The notes under the pieces were generated by a model. The model made no database searches and had not been told where the DNA came from. It worked only from the letters and a program-made list of their open reading frames with translations. From an uncultured Gemmatimonadota bacterium (lineage in GTDB: Bacteria; SM23-81), in NCBI GenBank assembly GCA_964584035.1, contig CAZOYL010000004.1, forward strand, positions 21,555-43,157: a stretch of 21,603 bases of DNA, written 5' to 3'. Below, piece by piece: positions 16,678 through 21,603 of the stretch. The stretch's first letter is position 1. Each line of letters starts with the position of its first letter. Position numbers and translations under genes: made by a program.

Positions 16678-18450
16678 CTAAACCGGCAGATAGACCGTAA
16701 AGGTTGAACCTTTTTGCGGCACACTGTGGACCTCGATGAAACCGCGGTGGGCGGCTACGATGCGCCGGGCAATGGACAAACCCAGACCGGTGCCGTTTTC
16801 CTTGGTCGTGAAATAGCGCTCGAAGATCCTGTCCCGGTGCTCGGGCGCTATACCCTCGCCGTTATCCATGAGATCGATTCGAAGATGGGGCCTGGGAGCT
16901 CCCGACTCGTCCTTGACACCATCGACGATATCGGTGCTGATCGTAATCAGGCCGTCCTTCTGAATGCTCTCGATGCTGTTCAGAAAAAAGTTCAGAAAAA
17001 TCTCCAGCATTTCACTTTCATCGACCGAGACAAAGGGCAGGTTCTGACCGTATTGCCGGGCTATGTCGATCTGATGATGATCCAGTTCGCGTTTCACCAA
17101 ATCGAGGGCTCGATCCAGTATCCGGTGAATATCATGGTATTTGACCTGGAAACGCTGCGGGCTGGAGAATCGCACCAGTTCTTTGGTTAGATCGGTGAGC
17201 CGATAGATCTCCTGGTGAATCGTGTGCAGCGATTCCTTGCGGAACTGTTCGTCATACCACTTGTTCTCCAGCACTTGAAGGATCCCCTTGATGTTCGTCA
17301 AAGGATGACGAAGATCGTGGGCGATCTCCGAAGCCATCTTGCTCATCGTCACGACTTGCGTGGCGTTGCTCAGCGCAGCATGTTGTTCGTAGAGTGAGGC
17401 GGCCTGGGAGATGACGATGGAGATCAGCTGCAACTCGCTCTCGGATATGTTCTCCAGGGCGGTACTCCCGGCGCAGAACAGGCCGTGCAGTTTTCCTCTG
17501 ACCAGAATGGAAAAGGAATTGAAAAATTTGACTCCTGGTGAACACAGCTTCCAATCGATCAGGGTTTCTCTCATCCTCTCGTTCAGCCGGTCCGTCTTTT
17601 CCTTCCGCAGCCACCCAATCTGCTCGTCGGACAGATAGATCTCTCGACCCTCCAGCCGCTGGCTGACGGAAGCGCCCTCATTCATGGCAAAGGCCAGGCT
17701 CAGACGGCGATAGGGCTCTTCCCAGAGAAACCAGAAGCAGTGATCCACCGCCACGATGCGGCCGATGCCATCAAAGACATTCTCCACCGCTTTGGCAATG
17801 CCATCAACGGTACTGACATTTCTGGCGATCTCATAGAGGACGGAAAGCTCCTGGATCTTGCGGCGGTTTTGCTCCAGCAGTCGGACGTTGTCTACGGCCA
17901 CGGCCGCCTGGGCCGCGAAGGAGACCAGCAAACGAAGATCTGATGCGACAAAGGGCCGACCGGAGCGCTTATTGTTCAGGTTCAAGACACCCAGGATCTT
18001 TCCTTTGGTCATCAGAGGCACCGATATCAGCGATTTGGTCTCATATCGCTCCCGGTTTCGACGCTGAAAGCGGCTATCCGTCTCCACATTTTTTACCAGT
18101 AGCGGCCGGCCGTATTCGACCACGTAGCCGGAGATACTCTCCCCGATTTTCATTCTCGCCGTTCGCACGGTGTCCTCATCCAGGCCGATCGCGGCGGCGA
18201 TCCGGAGTTCATTGGTTTCCTCTTCCAGCAGCAGGAGCGATGCGGTCTTGGCCCGTAGGACCTGCGCCGCCAAGCGGGTCACCCCTGTCAACAGCTGATC
18301 CAGGTTCTTCAGAGAAATCAGCAACTGGGAAGCCTTGTACAGGGAATTCAATTCCCTGAACCTCTCGCGCAGCTGGATATTTCGATCCTTGACATGGGTC
18401 AGCAGCTGCTTTTCCGTTTTTTTCATCTTCTTGGGCATGGCATTCGCCAT
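16678..18450 (-). CDS. Cytoplasmic sensor histidine kinase with two GAF-like domains
   Basis: GAF1 (ASLLLL...GESISGYV..SLISVPL..ILGVLNL..FAAQAAVAVDN), a second GAF-like segment, H-box EIAHDLRHPL, N-box, DNGEGI, IFERYFTTK, GTGLGL. No TM seen. Start uncertain (18450, 18438 or 18426); the ORF-track start at 18606 lies upstream of the sigma70 promoter. Confidence 0.9.
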   Translation of the reverse strand: MANAMPKKMKKTEKQLLTHVKDRNIQLRERFRELNSLYKASQLLISLKNLDQLLTGVTRLAAQVLRAKTASLLLLEEETNELRIAAAIGLDEDTVRTARMKIGESISGYVVEYGRPLLVKNVETDSRFQRRNRERYETKSLISVPLMTKGKILGVLNLNNKRSGRPFVASDLRLLVSFAAQAAVAVDNVRLLEQNRRKIQELSVLYEIARNVSTVDGIAKAVENVFDGIGRIVAVDHCFWFLWEEPYRRLSLAFAMNEGASVSQRLEGREIYLSDEQIGWLRKEKTDRLNERMRETLIDWKLCSPGVKFFNSFSILVRGKLHGLFCAGSTALENISESELQLISIVISQAASLYEQHAALSNATQVVTMSKMASEIAHDLRHPLTNIKGILQVLENKWYDEQFRKESLHTIHQEIYRLTDLTKELVRFSSPQRFQVKYHDIHRILDRALDLVKRELDHHQIDIARQYGQNLPFVSVDESEMLEIFLNFFLNSIESIQKDGLITISTDIVDGVKDESGAPRPHLRIDLMDNGEGIAPEHRDRIFERYFTTKENGTGLGLSIARRIVAAHRGFIEVHSVPQKGSTFTVYLPV

Positions 18451-18532
18451 CAGAATGTCTGGAGATAAATGGCTCTGGCAAGTTATGGAATTGAGAAAGC
18501 CGGAGCGGAAGAGCATGTTTGCAACGTTTTGC

Positions 18533-18561
18533 ACTATAACACCGGAAGATAGGTTTGTCAA
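18533..18561 (-). promoter_or_regulatory. sigma70 promoter for the kinase-regulator genes
   Basis: Minus strand TTGACA-N17-TATAGT with an extended -10 TG and an upstream A8 tract (UP-element-like). Confidence 0.8.
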
Positions 18562-18714
18562 GGAATTTTTTTTATAAAACTCCTCTATCAAAAGCTCTGT
18601 TTCCATTTGCTGTAGGGTAAAAGTGTCTGATCACTACATATGGCCGTTACCCCGATAGGCTGTTAGGGCCATTGAAAACATTCAGTTAGAAGACATTTAT
18701 GGAAAACCTCCTCC

Positions 18715-18731
18715 TGTCGTATTTCCAAACA
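18715..18731. promoter_or_regulatory. Candidate enhancer (UAS) box 1
   Basis: TGTCGTATTTCCAAACA = TGT-N11-ACA, sharing TGTCG...ACA with box 2. Confidence 0.5.
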
Positions 18732-18780
18732 AGCTAAACTTCTTTTTTACCAATAAGATACGATAACGACTCGATTCCGA

Positions 18781-18797
18781 TGTCGGAATATTATACA
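18781..18797. promoter_or_regulatory. Candidate enhancer (UAS / PEP-CTERM-box-like) box 2
   Basis: TGTCGGAATATTATACA = TGT-N11-ACA, ending about 120 bp upstream of the sigma54 site. Confidence 0.6.
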
Positions 18798-18918
18798 CTT
18801 CTTTCTCTCCTGTCTCTCTCTCTCTTCTGAAACATCTCTTGAACAACCGTCGTGGCTGTTCAATAACCTGTTTTATAATATGCTATTATCTATTTAACTC
18901 TGGTTTTCAATTATCAAT

Positions 18919-18934
18919 TGGCACGGTAGTTGCG
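18919..18934 (+). promoter_or_regulatory. sigma54 (-24/-12) promoter of the PEP-CTERM gene
   Basis: TGGCACGGTAGTTGCG matches TGGCACG-N4-TTGC, about 70 nt before the ATG at 19004. Confidence 0.9.
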
Positions 18935-19003
18935 TCCTCAGGTGGCCAGAAGCGTTATCATCCAATCATTTGACAAACGTTCGTGAATAAGGAGTAAACG
19001 ATT

Positions 19004-19525
19004 ATGAAAAGCTCTCGATTGACGATTGCCGGTGTGATGCTGATGTTGATGGTCGTCTTCGTCGGTCCGGCCTGGGCCACTTCGTTCAGCGATGTCATCA
19101 CCTGGGATCTGTTCTCCGGGTGGGTTTGGAACGATGAGCCCTTTACCTATGTCCACGACCTGCCGGAAGGCTCGATCAATAGCGCCAGCCTGTCCATCTA
19201 TGGTGAAATGGTCAGCGACGACTCCATCGTTCATCTGACCGGCTCGTGGAATTCACTGGATGGCTCTTGGACCTGGGATCGCTCCGACCTGACCATTTTA
19301 AACTTCTGGAATCACGAGATTCTCGACGTCACCATGTTCGCCGACAATGTCTCGGGTGATCCTTACGATTTCGCCTTCCATATGCTCTCTTCCCAGCTGG
19401 AGGGGGATTTTACGGCCGGCACGCCGCCCGAGGTTCCGGAGCCGAACACGCTGTTGCTCCTCGGGGTGGGACTGGTCGGATTGGCCGGCTATGGACGGTA
19501 CCGGTTTAATAGAAAACAAGTTTAA
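19004..19525 (+). CDS. PEP-CTERM sorting domain-containing secreted protein
   Basis: TAAGGAG SD; signal peptide ending AWA; C-terminal VPEPNTLLLLGVGLVGLAGYGRYRFNRK (PEP + TM + basic tail). Confidence 0.96.
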   Translation: MKSSRLTIAGVMLMLMVVFVGPAWATSFSDVITWDLFSGWVWNDEPFTYVHDLPEGSINSASLSIYGEMVSDDSIVHLTGSWNSLDGSWTWDRSDLTILNFWNHEILDVTMFADNVSGDPYDFAFHMLSSQLEGDFTAGTPPEVPEPNTLLLLGVGLVGLAGYGRYRFNRKQV

Positions 19526-19535
19526 CAGAAAACAG
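19504..19535. repeat. 16-bp tandem duplication spanning the PEP-CTERM stop codon
   Basis: GTTTAATAGAAAACAA / GTTTAACAGAAAACAG (14/16 identical). Confidence 0.8.
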
Positions 19536-19575
19536 TCATCATCTCAACGGTCAAAAACCGCGTCGACCGTGGAGG

Positions 19576-19610
19576 AAGAAGAGAGGGGTTCGCCCCTCTC
19601 TTCTTTTTTT
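19576..19610 (+). terminator. Intrinsic terminator of the PEP-CTERM gene
   Basis: Perfect 13-bp stem AAGAAGAGAGGGG-TTCG-CCCCTCTCTTCTT running into a T tract. Confidence 0.85.
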
Positions 19611-19735
19611 CTCCTTCTTAAACACTGTATAAAAACCGCCGACGTGAAAGAAGAACAGAGGGGTTCGCCCTTCTCTTCTGTATAACTGTATACAATTCTA
19701 AAACACTCGATAAAAATCACAGATACCGAGGAAGA

Positions 19736-19763
19736 AGAGAGGCATTCGCCTCTCTCTTTTTTT
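19736..19763 (+). terminator. Second intrinsic terminator (repeat copy 3)
   Basis: AGAGAGGC-ATTC-GCCTCTCT followed by C and T7. Confidence 0.7.
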
Positions 19764-19784
19764 ACAGCTCTCATTCTAAAATGC

Positions 19785-19813
19785 TTGACAAAAGCCGCCG
19801 ATTATGTTAAGTT
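19785..19813 (+). promoter_or_regulatory. sigma70 promoter for the downstream secreted protein gene
   Basis: TTGACA-N17-TAAGTT with an extended -10 TG. Confidence 0.7.
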
Positions 19814-20077
19814 TTGTTGCCGGGCATACATCGGGCACAAAATGTTGCGCCGGCCGGCCAACGCAATCAAACATGCGGTGTGGATCCCGCATCGAACATC
19901 TGCTTAGTAAAAGCACTGCCGGATTCAGTCATCAGCTCGGATGGCCGCTTCTCGTGATGTTTTTCCATGGATAGGTCAGCCGACCGATACCGAGTTGACG
20001 ACGGCCCAAGAGAAGGTCATCTCTGTGGACATAATCTCTCTAGAAATTTCCTTTGTCGATCAATAGATGGAGGACAA

Positions 20078-21603
20078 ATGGCACCGCGGATGCTGTGGTT
20101 CCTTTTCCTGGCATTGATCATCCTCCTGCCACGGTCCGGGGGTACCTGGGAAACCTCCGGGTCGGGAATACGATATACTATGGAGGATCTGGCCGACTCC
20201 TCTCACGGAGCGGTCACCACAGGCGATTCCGTGAAGTATGTCATCACGGAGTTCCTCACCATCCGGGCCTCTGACACCCTGTCCATCGATCCCGGCGACT
20301 CGCTCTGTTTTCAGAAGACCTCACCGGTCATCGCGGTGAAGATCAATGGGATCCTCCTGGCGCAGGGAACCGCTCAGAATCCGATCGTTTTCACTTCCAA
20401 CGAATCCAGTCCGGACACTTCCAACTGGGGCCGTATCGAGTTCGAGAACGATCCTCCCGGAAGTATTTTCGAACACTGTCAGATCTCCTACGCCGCCACC
20501 GGAATCGCCGGCGACAGCTCCTCGCTGGCGGCCATTCGCCATGTGACCATCACATCGGTCGGCTCCAACGGAATCTCTCTCAGCCATTCCTCTCCAGCCA
20601 TAGAGAACTGCACCATCACCGGGTTCGACGGCAGCGGCATCGTCTGCACGGGCAGCTCCCAGCCGGTGGTGGGCGGCAGCCTGGCGGCGACCAACACCTT
20701 TTATAACACCATCCCGCCGACCGGTTTCACATTCAAGAACTTCACCGCCAACACCATCATCGCCACCTATAACGATTGGGGCATCGAAGATTATATCTAT
20801 ATCGACAGCATCATCGTGGACGACGATGAAAATCCGGCCTATGGTGAGGTCATCTTCGCTCCCCTGTATGACATCATTCCTCCGGCCGCCATCGCCGATC
20901 TGTCCGCCGCGCTGTCGGACACCGTGATCGCCCTGAGTTGGTCGGCGATCACCGCGGACACCTCGGGAGGCATGGAAAACCTGAACCGTTACGTGATCTA
21001 TCGTGATACCACGGCACACTTTAGTCCCACGGCAGAGGACTCCATCGGGGCGACCACACTGGCCACCTATATCGATTCAACGTCTTCTGTGGGAGATGTC
21101 TCCAGAAATTCCTTCTATCGGGTTCGAGCGGTGGATGATGCCGGAAACATGAGCGACCGCTCCAATGGCGTCGGCGAATATGATTTCGGCCTGAGGTCCA
21201 CCACCGGCACCGATTACACCTGGGTGGCCTTCTGTCTGGGCGACACCGGCCTGAGCATGGCCAGCGACCTGGAGGCCCATATCGAGAATAACAGTTCGCC
21301 AGTCGTCGATTGCCTGACCATCAGCGAGTGGAACGCCATCGCCCAGACCTATACCATCTATACGACCATTCCCATCCCCATGGGAGACTTCGCGCTGCAG
21401 ACGGGAAACGTCTATCGCATCGAGACGGACACTACCGCCGTGTGGACACTGGCCGGGGAGGTCGTTCCCGATGACTCGATCGCCTTCCAGTTAAAGGCAA
21501 CCACCGGAACCGATTACGGCTGGATCTCGGTGCCCCTGCATCTGGACAGCCTGAGCATGGCCAGCGACCTGGAGGCCCATATCGAGAATAACAGTTCGCC
21601 AGT
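20078..21603 (+). CDS. Large secreted/surface protein: right-handed beta-helix + fibronectin type III + 100-aa repeats (3' end truncated)
   Basis: Not in the ORF track because it has no stop. GGAGG precedes the ATG at 20078 and the frame is open for 508 codons. Signal peptide MAPRMLWFLFLALIILLP; beta-helix motifs GILLAQGTAQNPIVFTS..NWGRIEF..IFEHCQISYA..IENCTI; FN3 DIIPPAAIADLSA..LSWS..YVIYR..FYRVRAVDDAGNMS. Confidence 0.88.
   Translation, partial: MAPRMLWFLFLALIILLPRSGGTWETSGSGIRYTMEDLADSSHGAVTTGDSVKYVITEFLTIRASDTLSIDPGDSLCFQKTSPVIAVKINGILLAQGTAQNPIVFTSNESSPDTSNWGRIEFENDPPGSIFEHCQISYAATGIAGDSSSLAAIRHVTITSVGSNGISLSHSSPAIENCTITGFDGSGIVCTGSSQPVVGGSLAATNTFYNTIPPTGFTFKNFTANTIIATYNDWGIEDYIYIDSIIVDDDENPAYGEVIFAPLYDIIPPAAIADLSAALSDTVIALSWSAITADTSGGMENLNRYVIYRDTTAHFSPTAEDSIGATTLATYIDSTSSVGDVSRNSFYRVRAVDDAGNMSDRSNGVGEYDFGLRSTTGTDYTWVAFCLGDTGLSMASDLEAHIENNSSPVVDCLTISEWNAIAQTYTIYTTIPIPMGDFALQTGNVYRIETDTTAVWTLAGEVVPDDSIAFQLKATTGTDYGWISVPLHLDSLSMASDLEAHIENNSSP
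21191..21603 (+). repeat. Intragenic repeat with a 300-nt (100-aa) period, including a 55-bp exact duplicate
   Basis: LRSTTGTDYTW..LSMASDLEAHIENNSSP at 21191 versus LKATTGTDYGW..LSMASDLEAHIENNSSP at 21491; 21249-21303 is identical to 21549-21603. Confidence 0.93.

Larger units (their letters stand above)
19553..19800 (+). repeat. About 79-bp tandem repeat, three copies plus a partial fourth, each full copy with a terminator-like hairpin
   Basis: Units start at 19553, 19631, 19712 and 19790. Shared blocks are an A-run, GAAGAA(G/C)AGAGG-NN-TTCGCC, a TCTCTT tract and TTCT(T/A)AAA. Confidence 0.85.

Noticed and set aside
18451..18606. ORF-track N-terminal extension of the histidine kinase
   Set aside because: AT-rich and contains the sigma70 promoter; most likely non-coding
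18840..18918. IHF site between the enhancer boxes and the sigma54 promoter
   Set aside because: The region is AT-rich, but the best matches to WATCAANNNNTTR have several mismatches, so no specific site can be called
19553..19800. CRISPR array or type III toxin-antitoxin RNA repeats
   Set aside because: Sequences between the hairpins are homologous rather than unique spacers, the repeats are diverged, and no cas or toxin gene is adjacent
19833..19849. Third sigma54 promoter GGGCACAAAATGTTGCG
   Set aside because: GG-to-GC spacing is 11 nt rather than the strict 10
20321..21280. Minus-strand ORFs 20321-21019 and 21077-21280
   Set aside because: Antisense shadows of the plus-strand secreted protein gene starting at 20078

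Overview
GC-rich bacterial DNA carrying a PEP-CTERM-associated exopolysaccharide (EPS) locus with its own regulators. On the minus strand, reading right to left, are a soluble GAF-GAF histidine kinase and a sigma54-dependent NtrC-family response regulator behind a near-consensus sigma70 promoter. Behind a sigma54 promoter follow a Wza-like export protein, a polysaccharide co-polymerase, a stand-alone BY-kinase, a UDP-sugar epimerase, a PEP-CTERM-locus deacetylase, a GT4, a canonical AsnB, a radical SAM/SPASM-twitch enzyme, a B12-dependent radical SAM enzyme, a second SDR, a second GT4, and a second AsnB homolog whose glutaminase domain is degenerate. That last gene runs off the left edge and is missing from the ORF track. 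Divergently on the plus strand, a PEP-CTERM protein has a consensus sigma54 promoter and two TGT-N11-ACA enhancer-like boxes. After it come three tandem ~79-bp terminator-bearing repeats merging into a sigma70 promoter, a hairpin-rich leader, and a large secreted beta-helix/FN3/100-aa-repeat protein that runs off the right edge and is also missing from the ORF track. No exosortase, flippase, Wzy or priming glycosyltransferase is in the window. All calls come from reading motifs by eye; no searches were run.
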